64,000 nt of DNA. Origin: Longimicrobiales bacterium (GTDB lineage Bacteria > Gemmatimonadota > Gemmatimonadetes > Longimicrobiales > Gaopeijiaceae). Of the stretch, positions 29,001 to 37,860 are shown in pieces. Where the stretch lies: NCBI GenBank assembly GCA_965218295.1, contig CBDCKN010000012.1:160001-224000 (forward strand), given 5' to 3'. The notes under the pieces were generated by a model. That model was not told where the DNA came from. It saw only the letters and a list, made by a program, of their open reading frames with translations, and ran no database searches. Both the position numbers and the translations under genes were made by a program. Within the stretch, counting starts at the first letter, position 1, and each line of letters starts with the position of its first letter.

Positions 29001-32000
29001 GTCTTCCCCGGTCAGGGTGTAGACGAAAAGCAACGTCTCCGTCTCCGTGCCGCCCGAGTAGGGTGTCTTTCTTGTCCCCGCGCCCAGCATCAGGCCGATC
29101 GTCGGCGTTCCGCCCGAGACGTCCACCGTCACCGGCTCGCTGAACGTCACCGTCACCCGCACCGAGCTGCCCGACCCCGAGCTGCCCCTTGCCGCCACCG
29201 ATCGCGTGCCGAATCCGTCCTGCCTCCCGTTCCCGGATTGCGTCGACATCAACACCCCCGTCACCACTGGCCCGGACACCGCCACCGGATTGCCCGCGGC
29301 GCCGACCTCGACCACGAGGGCGCCGAGCGCGTTCCCCTGCGAGTCGGCGAGCGCGGCGGCCTTTCCCGGACCCACCGAGATGACCAGCTTTCCCGGCTGC
29401 GGCGCCGGCACCATCGCGCTATAGACCAGCCCCGTCTGCTCCTCCTCGAAGCCGCGCACCACTACGCCGGGACCGCCGACATAGCCCGCCGTCAGATCGC
29501 CGACCTCGAAGCCGCGCACCGCCTCCGAGAACGTCACCTTCACAGCAAACGCTCCGTCCACCGGCGGCCCCGCACCGAGCGTGATCGACACCTCCGGCGG
29601 GTGCCCCAGCGGGTCCGGCCTGCCCCTCGCCGACACCGACCAGGGACCCTCGCCCACCTCGTTGGCCGCCTTCACCCGCAGCGAGTACGTCGTTCCGTTG
29701 ACCAGGCCGGTGAGGGCTGCGGCGTGGGTCGTCTCCTCCCGCTCCCGCACCGTCCCCGACTGCCGCCACTCGACCGTGTAGCTGTCCGCGCCCTCGACCG
29801 CGTCCCAGGTCACGTCCAGGCGCCCGTCGGCTGGCGTGACCACCAGATTGGCTGGCGCCGCCGCCGTCGCCGTCGGCGTGGCCGTCACGTCGGCCGACCA
29901 GGTGCTGTCCTTGCGCTTGATTCCCTCGTCCCACCAGGAGTTGCTCGCCCGCACCCGGAACCAGTGCACCGTCTCGTTGGCCAGTCGGTGGACGGTCGTG
30001 CTCAGCCGCCCCTCGCCGCAGTCCATCGTCTCGGAGGTCTCGAACACCGTCTTCTGACGGTCCTCGCTGTACGCCTCCGTGTCCGTCCGCCACTGGACCG
30101 TGTACTCGGTCGCACCCACGACCTCGTCGAAGCACACCGCCACGCGCCCGTCCCAGGCCGTCACCTCCATGTTCCCCGGCACCCCGAGCGGCGTCGGCGT
30201 GCCGGTGGCCGTCTCCGACCAGCCGCTCTCACCGCCCGCGTTGGCCGCCCGCACCCGCAGCGTGTAGGTCGTTCCGTTGACCAGCCCGGGCACCGTCGCG
30301 GTGTTCACCGTCACCGTCAGTTGCCGCTCGGGATCGAACTCCTCAGTCCCCGATTTCCACTGCACGGTGTACTCCGCCGCGACCGGCACCGCGTCCCAGG
30401 TCACCGCCAGGTTGGTGTCGCCCGCCGTCACCTTCAGCTTCTCCGGGGTCTCGGGCGCCGGCACCTGCGGCGTTCCCGTTTCCGTGGCCGACCAGTCGCT
30501 CTCGCCACCGGCGTTGGCCGCCCGCACCCGCAGCGTATAAGTCGTGCCGTTCGCGAGATCGGGCACCGTCGCCGCGTTCGTCTCCGCCGTGATCTCGCGG
30601 GAGTCCGCAAACGCCCGCCCGCCCGACGTCCACTGCACCTTGTACCGCTCCGCTCCCTCGACCGCGTCCCAGGCCGCATCGAGGCGCCCGTCGCCGCGGG
30701 TCGCCACGACATTCGCCGGCGCCGCCAGGACCGGGGTCGCGGCCGTGACCGCCCCCGACCACTCGCTATCACCCGCGGTGTTGCTGGCACTTACCCGCAC
30801 CATGAAGGCCGCCCCGTTGGCGAGCGGGGACACCGTCGCACTGTTGGTCGTCACCGCAGTCTCGCGGGCGCTCGAGAACGACTCCTCTCCGGATTTCCAC
30901 TGCACCGTGTAGCCGGTCGCCCCGGTGACCGCGTCCCAGGTCACACCGACGCGCGCGTACGCCCCCGTCGCCGACACGCTCTCCGGCGTCGCCGGACCCG
31001 ACCCCGCGGTGGCGTTGGCGACGTTCGAGACCGCGCCCGTGCCCACCGCGTTGATCGCCGAGACCCGGTAGTGCCGCGTCGAGCCTGACGTAAGGCTGGT
31101 GTGGGAGTAGGCGGTGTCGGCCGATCCGGTGTTCGCGGTCCGGTCCGTCCACGTGTTGCCGTTGTCGGACGACACTTCGATCTTGTAGCCGTCGATCGCG
31201 CGGCCTCCGGTGTCCCCCGGCGCGTCCCAGGACAGGTCGATCCGCGTGTCGCCCCTGGCCCGAGCCTTGAGGTTGGCCGGCGCGCCCGGCGCAGTGGGCG
31301 CCACCGTGGACTGATTCGTGACCGGCCGGTCGGTAAAGGACGCCACGTCGTTGAGGGCGTCATCCTGGAGTGCGGCCTGGTCGTCGCCCGGCGTGGGATC
31401 GCGGTAGCTCACCGTGACCGTCTGGCCTTGCCTGATCACCAAACCCAAGCCCCTCAGAAGGACGCTCGTAGACCCGCTGGTGACGGTGCCCACGGTCGTG
31501 GGCGTGCCGTCCGCCGTGACAGTGAAGGCGCTCGCGGGGGGGCCGAAACCGGATCCGGTTCTGACGGCTTCGGTGAATGTGAGGTTGACCTCCGAGCCGT
31601 CCTGGTTCGTGGCCGCGCTCTTGAGGGACGGCGGCTGGGTATCCGAGGAGATGGCGCCGGCGACGTTTGACGGCAGGCCCGCAAAATTCCCCGCGTTGAG
31701 CGCCGAGACCCGGTAGTGCCGGACAGCGCCGTGCGCCAGGCCGGTGTGGACGTAGCTGGTGGCCCGGTTGTCGGTGAGCACCAGGGTGGTCCAGGTCGTG
31801 CCGCCATCGGTGGACGCTTCGATCTTGTAGCCGTGGATACCGGCCCCGGGGACATGGTCCGGCCAGACGAGTCCGGACAGGTCCGGCGCGTTCCAGGCGA
31901 GCCCGATCCGGGTATCGTCGATCCCCGTCGCCCTCAGGTTCGTCGGCGCCGGCAGCACCCGAGAACTGTTCTTGACCACCACGTCGGTGAAGGACGCCGC

Positions 32001-35000
32001 GTCGTTGCCGGCCACATCCTGGACGGCCGCCGGGTCGTCGCCGGGCGTGGGATCGCGGTAGCTGACCCTCACGACCCGACCGCCCCCGATCGGCGATTCG
32101 AAGCCCGTCAGCCGGATCTGATCTTGCGCGGTTGTGACGCGGCCCTGCTGAACCGGGATGCCGTCTACCGTCACCGTAAAGGCGCTCCACGGGGGGCCGT
32201 CCACCACGCGTTCGTCGAACTGGAGCGTGATGACTGTGCCGTCGCTGAACACCGACGTATCCCGGTCCTCCGGGACAAGGACCGGGGGCACTCGGTCCGG
32301 GCCTGCGGCCGCCGTGTTCGACACGACGGACTCGACGGTGCTCGAGACCGCCCAGACCCGGTAGCGGTACGGATGGAGCGGCTCGGGGAACGGGTCGTAA
32401 TGGGAAAAGACGGTGTCGGTGGGATCATCCACCTCGTTGACCAGAGTGGTCCAGCGATCGGGGGCGCTGTTGTTGCCCTCGACCCGGTAACTCTCGGGCA
32501 CGAAGTCCGCCGGCGCCTGCCACGACAGGTCGGTCTCGTTAAAGCTTCTCTTGGTCGCCCGCAGGTTCGTCGGCCCCTGCCAGAGGTCGGAGCTATTGGT
32601 TATGGCTTGATCCGTGAAGGACGCGGCGTCGTTGCCGGCATAATCCTGGATGGCCGCCTCATCGTCGCCGCCCGTGGGATCGCGGTAGCTGACCCTCACG
32701 GTTTGCCGGTACGTGATCACCCCGTCCAGGACTAGGCGGACGGACTGTGCGACTACCAGCGCCTCGGTCACTGTGACCGTGCTGCCGTCGGCGGTCACGG
32801 TGAAGGCGCTCGCCGGGGGCGTGCGGCCGGCGCCGTCGTTGAGGACCTCGTTGAATGCCAGGATGAGCTCGACGCCGGAGCCGGTGACGGTGTTCAGCGA
32901 AGGACTGTCCAACACGGCCGGTGGGGTGGTATCCGCGGTGTCGAAGGTGGTGGCGCTGGCGACGTTGGACGGCAACTTCGGAAAGCCCTGGTCGATCGCC
33001 GAGACCCGGTAGTGGCGCGTGTCGCCGAGCGTCAGGCCGGTGTGGGAGTAGGCGGTGTCGGTGGACTCGGTGTTGGCCACCCGGTCGGTCCAGGTCGTGC
33101 CGCCGTCGGCGGACACCTCGATCTGGTAGCCCTCGGGCGTGAATCCGCTTGGCGCCTCCCAGGCCAGATCGATCTGCGTCGCGCTGATGGCCGTCGCCGT
33201 CAGGTTCGTCGGTGGGCCAAGCAGCTGAGAGGTATTGCGGACCGGACGGTCGGTGAAGGACGCTGCATCGTTCCCGGCATAATCCTGAATGGCCGCCTGG
33301 TCGTCGCCGTCGGTCGGATCGCGGTAGCTGACCTTGACGGTCTGACCCGCCGTAATCTTGGGGTCCAGACCCAACAGCCCCACAAGTATCCCCTCCACGA
33401 GCACCCTTTCCACCGTAATGGAGGCCCCGTCGGCCGTGACGGTGAAAGCACTCGCCGGCGGGGCACGGTCCGGGCTCTCGTCGAGCTGCTCTGAGGCACT
33501 GAGGAGAACCCGGGTGTAGTCGGTACTAGCACTCGCAATAGCCGGCGGCGTGCTGTCCGTGGGGTCTACAGCAGTTGCGCTGGCGACGTTGGACGCCAAC
33601 TTCGGAAAGCCCTGGTCGATCGCCGAGACCCGGTAGTGGCGCGTGTCGCCGAGCGTCAGGCCGGTGTGGGAGTAGGCGGTGTCGGTGGACTCGGTGTTGG
33701 CCACCCGGTCGGTCCAGGTCGTGCCGCCGTCGGCGGACACCTCGATCTGGTAGCCCTCGGGCGTGAATCCGCTTGGCGCCTCCCAGGCCAGATCGATCTG
33801 CGTCGCGCTGATGGCCGTCGCCGTCAGGTTCGTCGGTGGGCCAAGCAACTGAGAGGTATTGCGGACCGGACGGTCGGTGAAGGACGCTGCATCGTTCCCG
33901 GCATAATCCTGAATGGCCGCCTGGTCGTCGCCGTCGGTCGGATCGCGGTAGCTGACCTTGACGGTCTGACCCGCCGTAATCTTGGGGTCCAGACCCAACA
34001 GCCCCACAAGTATCCCCTCCACGAGCACCCTTTCCACCGTAATGGAGGCCCCGTCGGCCGTGACGGTGAAAGCACTCGCCGGCGGGGCACGGTCCGGGCT
34101 CTCGTCGAGCTGCTCTGAGGCACTGAGGAGAACCCGGGTGTAGTCGGTACTAGCACTCGCAATAGCCGGCGGCGTGCTGTCCGTGGGGTCTACAGCAGTT
34201 GCGCTGGCGACGTTGGACGCCAACTTCGGAAAGCCCTGGTCGATCGCCGAGACCCGGTAGTGGCGCGTGTCGCCGAGCGTCAGGCCGGTGTGGGAGTAGG
34301 CGGTGTCGGTGGACTCGGTGTTGGCCACCCGGTCGGTCCAGGTCGTGCCGCCGTCGGCGGACACCTCGATCTGGTAGCCCTCGGGCGTGAATCCGCTTGG
34401 CGCCTCCCAGGCCAGATCGATCTGCGTCGCGCTGATGGCCGTCGCCGTCAGGTTCGTCGGTGGGCCAAGCAGCTGAGAGGTATTGCGGACCGGACGGTCG
34501 GTGAAGGACGCTGCATCGTTCCCGGCATAATCCTGAATGGCCGCCTGGTCGTCGCCGTCGGTCGGATCGCGGTAGCTGACCTTGACGGTCTGACCCGCCG
34601 TAATCTTGGGGTCCAGACCCAACAGCCCCACAAGTATCCCCTCCACGAGCACCCTTTCCACCGTAATGGAGGCCCCGTCGGCCGTGACGGTGAAAGCACT
34701 CGCCGGCGGGGCACGGTCCGGGCTCTCGTCGAGCTGCTCTGAGGCACTGAGGAGAACCCGGGTGTAGTCGGTACTAGCACTCGCAATAGCCGGCGGCGTG
34801 CTGTCCGTGGGGTCTACCGCGGTTGCGCTGGCGACGTTCGACGGCACGGCCGGATAGCCCTGGTAGATCGCCGAGACCCGGTAGTGGCGCGTGTCGCGGA
34901 GCGTCAGGCCGGTGTGGGAGTAGGCGGTGGCGGTGGACTCGGTGTCGGCCACCCGATCGGTCCAGGTCGTGCCGCCGTCGGCGGACACCTCGATCCGGTA

Positions 35001-36017
35001 GCCCTCGGGCGTGAACCCGGCCGGCGCCTCCCACGACAGGTCGATCTGCGTCGCGCTGACCACCGTCGCCGTCAGGTTCGTCGGCGCGCCCAATACAACG
35101 GACTTGTTCCTGCCGCTCGAGATCGTGTGATCGGCAAAGGACGCCGCGTCGTTGCCGGCGTAATCCTGAATAGCCGCCGCGTCGTCGCCCGGCGTGGGGT
35201 CGCGATAGCTCACAGTGACGGATTGATCCTTGGTGATCACCCCGTCCAGGGCCAGCCGGACGACAGTCCCTTCCACGTGCACGCCGTCCACCGCAATGGC
35301 CACACCGTCGGCAGTGACGGTGAAAGCGCTTGCAGGGGGCACGCGGCCCGCTCCCCTGTCCAGGCTCTCGTCGAATTGGAGAAGCACGTCCGTGCCGTTG
35401 ACCGGTACACTGGTATCCCCAGCGTTCCCCGAGAACTGCGGCGCCATCATGTCCGTGGTGGTTGCGCTCGCGACGTTCGACGTCGCGCCAGCACCCACGG
35501 AGTTGATCGCCGAGACCCGGTAGTACCGCGTTCGGCCGTCCATCAGTCCGGTGTGCGCGTAGTCCGTGCCGGCGGATTCGGTGTCGTCTTTTAGAACCGC
35601 CCAGTGCATGCCGCCAGCGACCCACACCTCGATCCGGTAGCCGATGATCGCATCGCCGCCGTTATCCGCGGGCGCGGTCCATGCCAGATTGATCGTCGTC
35701 TCGCCTACCGCGGTTGCGGTTAAGTCAGTCGGCGCACCGGGTACGGCGGCCTGCTGCGCCTGAACCGGGACGGTGAACAGTATCCCGAGCAGCAACGAGA
35801 CCGTTGCCGCCGCGTGGCGAGCGAGCGTGGCTAAGGAACGAGCAAAGCTTCTTCGGGAGGAGTCGCGGTCCCGACCGCTGTCGGGCCGACGGTCCGTGTC
35901 GCGGGAGCGTTCTTGCGGGTGGGAAGTGCCGGCGTGCGACCGCCCGGCGGGCGAGGGCGGAAAGGATTGCGAGTCAGACCGGGAGGAGGCGCCCCTGCGA
36001 ATGCCAGGCGCGGCCAC
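26055..36017 (-). CDS. Giant surface adhesin / autotransporter-like protein (FN3, SwmB-like, Calx-beta domains, C-terminal beta-barrel)
   Basis: 3320-aa ORF; signal-like segment ending VPVQA; many FN3 repeats (PGAPTDLTAT...YRVSAIN); repeated AFTVTADG...VSYRDPT...QDYAGNDAASF domains; Calx-beta (VDYATSDGTAQAGVDY); amphipathic strands ending in Trp. Confidence 0.88.
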   Translation of the reverse strand: MAAPGIRRGASSRSDSQSFPPSPAGRSHAGTSHPQERSRDTDRRPDSGRDRDSSRRSFARSLATLARHAAATVSLLLGILFTVPVQAQQAAVPGAPTDLTATAVGETTINLAWTAPADNGGDAIIGYRIEVWVAGGMHWAVLKDDTESAGTDYAHTGLMDGRTRYYRVSAINSVGAGATSNVASATTTDMMAPQFSGNAGDTSVPVNGTDVLLQFDESLDRGAGRVPPASAFTVTADGVAIAVDGVHVEGTVVRLALDGVITKDQSVTVSYRDPTPGDDAAAIQDYAGNDAASFADHTISSGRNKSVVLGAPTNLTATVVSATQIDLSWEAPAGFTPEGYRIEVSADGGTTWTDRVADTESTATAYSHTGLTLRDTRHYRVSAIYQGYPAVPSNVASATAVDPTDSTPPAIASASTDYTRVLLSASEQLDESPDRAPPASAFTVTADGASITVERVLVEGILVGLLGLDPKITAGQTVKVSYRDPTDGDDQAAIQDYAGNDAASFTDRPVRNTSQLLGPPTNLTATAISATQIDLAWEAPSGFTPEGYQIEVSADGGTTWTDRVANTESTDTAYSHTGLTLGDTRHYRVSAIDQGFPKLASNVASATAVDPTDSTPPAIASASTDYTRVLLSASEQLDESPDRAPPASAFTVTADGASITVERVLVEGILVGLLGLDPKITAGQTVKVSYRDPTDGDDQAAIQDYAGNDAASFTDRPVRNTSQLLGPPTNLTATAISATQIDLAWEAPSGFTPEGYQIEVSADGGTTWTDRVANTESTDTAYSHTGLTLGDTRHYRVSAIDQGFPKLASNVASATAVDPTDSTPPAIASASTDYTRVLLSASEQLDESPDRAPPASAFTVTADGASITVERVLVEGILVGLLGLDPKITAGQTVKVSYRDPTDGDDQAAIQDYAGNDAASFTDRPVRNTSQLLGPPTNLTATAISATQIDLAWEAPSGFTPEGYQIEVSADGGTTWTDRVANTESTDTAYSHTGLTLGDTRHYRVSAIDQGFPKLPSNVASATTFDTADTTPPAVLDSPSLNTVTGSGVELILAFNEVLNDGAGRTPPASAFTVTADGSTVTVTEALVVAQSVRLVLDGVITYRQTVRVSYRDPTGGDDEAAIQDYAGNDAASFTDQAITNSSDLWQGPTNLRATKRSFNETDLSWQAPADFVPESYRVEGNNSAPDRWTTLVNEVDDPTDTVFSHYDPFPEPLHPYRYRVWAVSSTVESVVSNTAAAGPDRVPPVLVPEDRDTSVFSDGTVITLQFDERVVDGPPWSAFTVTVDGIPVQQGRVTTAQDQIRLTGFESPIGGGRVVRVSYRDPTPGDDPAAVQDVAGNDAASFTDVVVKNSSRVLPAPTNLRATGIDDTRIGLAWNAPDLSGLVWPDHVPGAGIHGYKIEASTDGGTTWTTLVLTDNRATSYVHTGLAHGAVRHYRVSALNAGNFAGLPSNVAGAISSDTQPPSLKSAATNQDGSEVNLTFTEAVRTGSGFGPPASAFTVTADGTPTTVGTVTSGSTSVLLRGLGLVIRQGQTVTVSYRDPTPGDDQAALQDDALNDVASFTDRPVTNQSTVAPTAPGAPANLKARARGDTRIDLSWDAPGDTGGRAIDGYKIEVSSDNGNTWTDRTANTGSADTAYSHTSLTSGSTRHYRVSAINAVGTGAVSNVANATAGSGPATPESVSATGAYARVGVTWDAVTGATGYTVQWKSGEESFSSARETAVTTNSATVSPLANGAAFMVRVSASNTAGDSEWSGAVTAATPVLAAPANVVATRGDGRLDAAWDAVEGAERYKVQWTSGGRAFADSREITAETNAATVPDLANGTTYTLRVRAANAGGESDWSATETGTPQVPAPETPEKLKVTAGDTNLAVTWDAVPVAAEYTVQWKSGTEEFDPERQLTVTVNTATVPGLVNGTTYTLRVRAANAGGESGWSETATGTPTPLGVPGNMEVTAWDGRVAVCFDEVVGATEYTVQWRTDTEAYSEDRQKTVFETSETMDCGEGRLSTTVHRLANETVHWFRVRASNSWWDEGIKRKDSTWSADVTATPTATAAAPANLVVTPADGRLDVTWDAVEGADSYTVEWRQSGTVREREETTHAAALTGLVNGTTYSLRVKAANEVGEGPWSVSARGRPDPLGHPPEVSITLGAGPPVDGAFAVKVTFSEAVRGFEVGDLTAGYVGGPGVVVRGFEEEQTGLVYSAMVPAPQPGKLVISVGPGKAAALADSQGNALGALVVEVGAAGNPVAVSGPVVTGVLMSTQSGNGRQDGFGTRSVAARGSSGSGSSVRVTVTFSEPVTVDVSGGTPTIGLMLGAGTRKTPYSGGTETETLLFVYTLTGEDGSVTGGSVTQNSLTLNGGTIRSWSGEDADLGHPSAALGDAGGGELPALTARFEAAPEAHDGAGTFTVRLVFSEPVAISYQTLRDESLSAAGGSVEAARRVEGRSDLWEITLKPASDEPVTLTLAAGRACDAAGAVCTADGRRLSNEAVLTVPGPAGGGPELTAQFENVPEAHDGQSAFSFQVAFSEDIGISNQTLRDESFTVTGGTITRARRVDGRHDLWEITLKPDSREAVTITLPGGRACGTAGAVCTRADSPRPLGNSPSSTVAGPPAESLTASFSDMPGEHTGDDFAFGLTFSEELDKDFSYRTLRDEAFAVTGGTVRGAKRREQGSNLGWTITVEPDSDGAVTLRLPETTDCGASGAVCTGDGRPLSTSLSATVAGLVGISVADARVEEGAGAVLAFAVTLERAAGGAVTVDYATSDGTAQAGVDYTATSGTLTFDAGDTEKTVEVPVLDDSHDEGEETLTLRLSNASGGRLADAEATGTIENTDPLPRALLARFGRATALHVMEQVEERLDASRAPGLRGRFAGRELRRGMEREMGRNFLSRLESAAVQGARDTTGVQPELGGAELLRMGLGGGDLLMGSGFVLNREMDQGASVSLWSRGMESRFSGRDGELSLDGGVRTTMFGADYAKGPLMAGLMLSHRRGLGGYQGADVGEVASSVTGLHPWVGYKLTERVTLWGVTGYGRGSLSLTPGEALSVPTSVASPIALNGGLSMSMLAGGVRGDLVDAGLGGFGLAFKADALWVGTGSEAVDGPAGRLAATEAVVTRVRTALEASRGYVVGHGIALRLSLEVGLRTDGGDAETGRGADVAASLIASDPLTGLSVDVRVRTLLVHEDEGFRERGVSVSLSYDPTPSTPLGFTARVAPSWGGQAMSGADALWGRDTMAGLGAGGPGSGNRLDGELGYALPVGSRLVGTPRFGVTTSEYGRDYRLGYKLTLLQAGAMNFEFGLDAQRRQSLLGQGDPEHSLHGRVTARW
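32952..34830 (-). repeat. Three near-identical 624-bp (208-aa) intragenic repeats (FN3 + SwmB-like pair); boundaries approximate
   Basis: Shadow ORFs recur at 33012/33636/34260 with identical translation; only isolated differences seen. Confidence 0.9.
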
Positions 36018-36028
36018 AGCCGCACCCT

Positions 36029-36322
36029 GGCTCCTGGCTCCCGGCTCCCGGCTCCCGGCTCCCGGCTCCCGGCTCCCGGCTCCCGGCTCCCGGCTCCCGG
36101 CTCCCGGCTCCCGGCTCCCGGCTCCCGGCTCCCGGCTCCCGGCTCCCGGCTCCCGGCTCCCGGCTCCCGGCTCCCGGCTCCCGGCTCCCGGCTCCCGGCT
36201 CCCGGCTCCCGGCTCCCGGCTCCCGGCTCCCGGCTCCCGGCTCCCGGCTCCCGGCTCCCGGCTCCCGGCTCCCGGCTCCCGGCTCCCGGCTCCCGGCTCC
36301 CGGCTCCCGGCTCCCGGCTCCT
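36029..36322. repeat. Heptanucleotide tandem repeat (GGCTCCC)x40 flanked by two GGCTCCT units
   Basis: 294 bp = 42 x 7, immediately 5' of the adhesin ORF. Confidence 0.97.
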
Positions 36323-36625
36323 AATGTGGAATAGTACCGAGCCGGCCGTTGTCAAGGGCCTTCTATTGAGAGAGTCGGGCATGGATGCGGTTTCCTTCAC
36401 CATGACAGTCGCTCGCCGGTCCACCGAGTTCACTCGCGAACCCTTCGAGAATGATTCATTCCGTCCATCCCATGTTACGTGCTCTTCTAGTGATGGTACA
36501 GAAGAGGTGAGTTGCTTTGCTGTGAAGCTACGACAGGCGGGCAAGATCCGGGACCGCGCGGGCCGAGCGGGTGTCGAATGGGAGTGGAGTTGCCGAGAGC
36601 CGAAGAACCAGGCAGCCGCTTGCCT

Positions 36626-36940
36626 TCAGTCCCAGTGGCCCTCGGCGTCGCTCTTGAGTGCGCGGGCGAGTTCGGGATCGCCCTCGCCGCGCCGGACGGA
36701 GCGCTCGGCGAGATCGACGCGGCGTCCCAGATCGGCGAGCCCGGCGGCTCGGGCGACGGCGTAGAGGGCGGCCAAGACGGCGGCCAGCGCCAATGCCAGG
36801 TGCAAGGCAATTGGAACGCCGTGGTCCGCCAGGATCAGTGGCCAGAACGGCGCGAGATACTCGAGGCGCGACCCGGCGAGGAGGACGCCCGAGCCGACAA
36901 GTGCGGCGCTGAGGCCGGCGCTGATACGCCAGGGTTGCAT
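36626..36940 (-). CDS. Small membrane protein of conjugation module
   Basis: Two hydrophobic segments; co-directional and 9 nt downstream of the relaxase-like gene. Confidence 0.6.
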   Translation of the reverse strand: MQPWRISAGLSAALVGSGVLLAGSRLEYLAPFWPLILADHGVPIALHLALALAAVLAALYAVARAAGLADLGRRVDLAERSVRRGEGDPELARALKSDAEGHWD

Positions 36941-36949
36941 GGGGGTGTG

Positions 36950-37837
36950 CTAGAGCTCGAGCGCGGCCGGGTCCCGCTCGGCCGGACCCCGTAGGGAGGA
37001 GCCATGATCCTCGCAGCCGAGCGCCCTAAGCACCCGCGCTCCGGCCGCCCCGTTGGCGTGCATCCGGAACCCGGCCGCTGCCTTGGCCCGGACAGATCCC
37101 TGGCGGTAGTGGCCCGATGCGACCTCGATGTTGACGCGTCCGGTGCGCCCCTCGGCGTCGGTGTACTCGATCTGCGCATCGGGGTAGAGCACGCGTCCCT
37201 GCTCGTCGATGGGGAGCTCCAGCTCCCGGGCAGCGCGGTGCCGCTCGGCGTCGGCGGCCCGGCGACCGTCTCTCGCCCGCGCGGACTCGCTCCGGCACGC
37301 GACAGCGCTCTTGAGCTCGCCGTCGAGCCGTACGCGCCGGATGGCGGCGCCCCGCTCGAGCAAGCGTTGGCGTTCGCGGCCGCAGGCCCGGTAGATGGCC
37401 GTGTCGTGCGCGAGCTGGGCGTGTTGGAGGAGGCGAGCGGCGGACCTTATGTGCTGTCCGGGGTCCAGGCCGTGCCCGGCGTCCAGGTCGCGGATGGCGG
37501 CCGCTCCCTTGCGCGTGAGCGTCAGGACCTTGAACGGCCTTCCCTTTGGTCCCTTGGCCGTGGACTCCTTGGCGAGCCCCTCGCGGGTCCAGGCGTTCAC
37601 GGCCCGCCGCGTGGTGTAGGGATGGCCGCCGAAGTGAGCCTCGGCGAGATCGCGGTACGAGACGGCGCCGTAGATGCCGATGTCGGCGAGCGCCCCACGG
37701 CACCGTTCTCTGAAGGAGGTGGACCCGCGGTCCCGGCTCGCGTCGTATTCTCGGCGATGGCCGTCCCGCATGCGGTAGATAGCGCGGCTTTGTGGCGCGG
37801 CGGGACGCGGGTCCGATCCGATCGTGCGGTCGAACAT
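36950..37837 (-). CDS. Replication-relaxation-like protein (winged helix + PD-(D/E)xK-type domain)
   Basis: N-terminal wHTH-like region, LAHDTAIY, YPDAQIEY...VNIEVASGHY; context with ArdC and T4SS ATPases; GGAG RBS. Confidence 0.55.
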   Translation of the reverse strand: MFDRTIGSDPRPAAPQSRAIYRMRDGHRREYDASRDRGSTSFRERCRGALADIGIYGAVSYRDLAEAHFGGHPYTTRRAVNAWTREGLAKESTAKGPKGRPFKVLTLTRKGAAAIRDLDAGHGLDPGQHIRSAARLLQHAQLAHDTAIYRACGRERQRLLERGAAIRRVRLDGELKSAVACRSESARARDGRRAADAERHRAARELELPIDEQGRVLYPDAQIEYTDAEGRTGRVNIEVASGHYRQGSVRAKAAAGFRMHANGAAGARVLRALGCEDHGSSLRGPAERDPAALEL

Positions 37838-37860
37838 CTCCTAGGGCTCCGTCCTTGGCC

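Noticed and set aside
32952..34830. Diversity-generating retroelement template/variable repeats
   Set aside because: Repeats are in-frame tandem domain duplications without adenine-specific variation, and no reverse transcriptase is present in the window.
36029..36322. Possible CRISPR array, or real APGSRLP/SREPGAG repeat proteins
   Set aside because: Pure 7-bp tandem repeat without spacers and no cas genes; ORFs in several frames arise only because the repeat has no stop codons.
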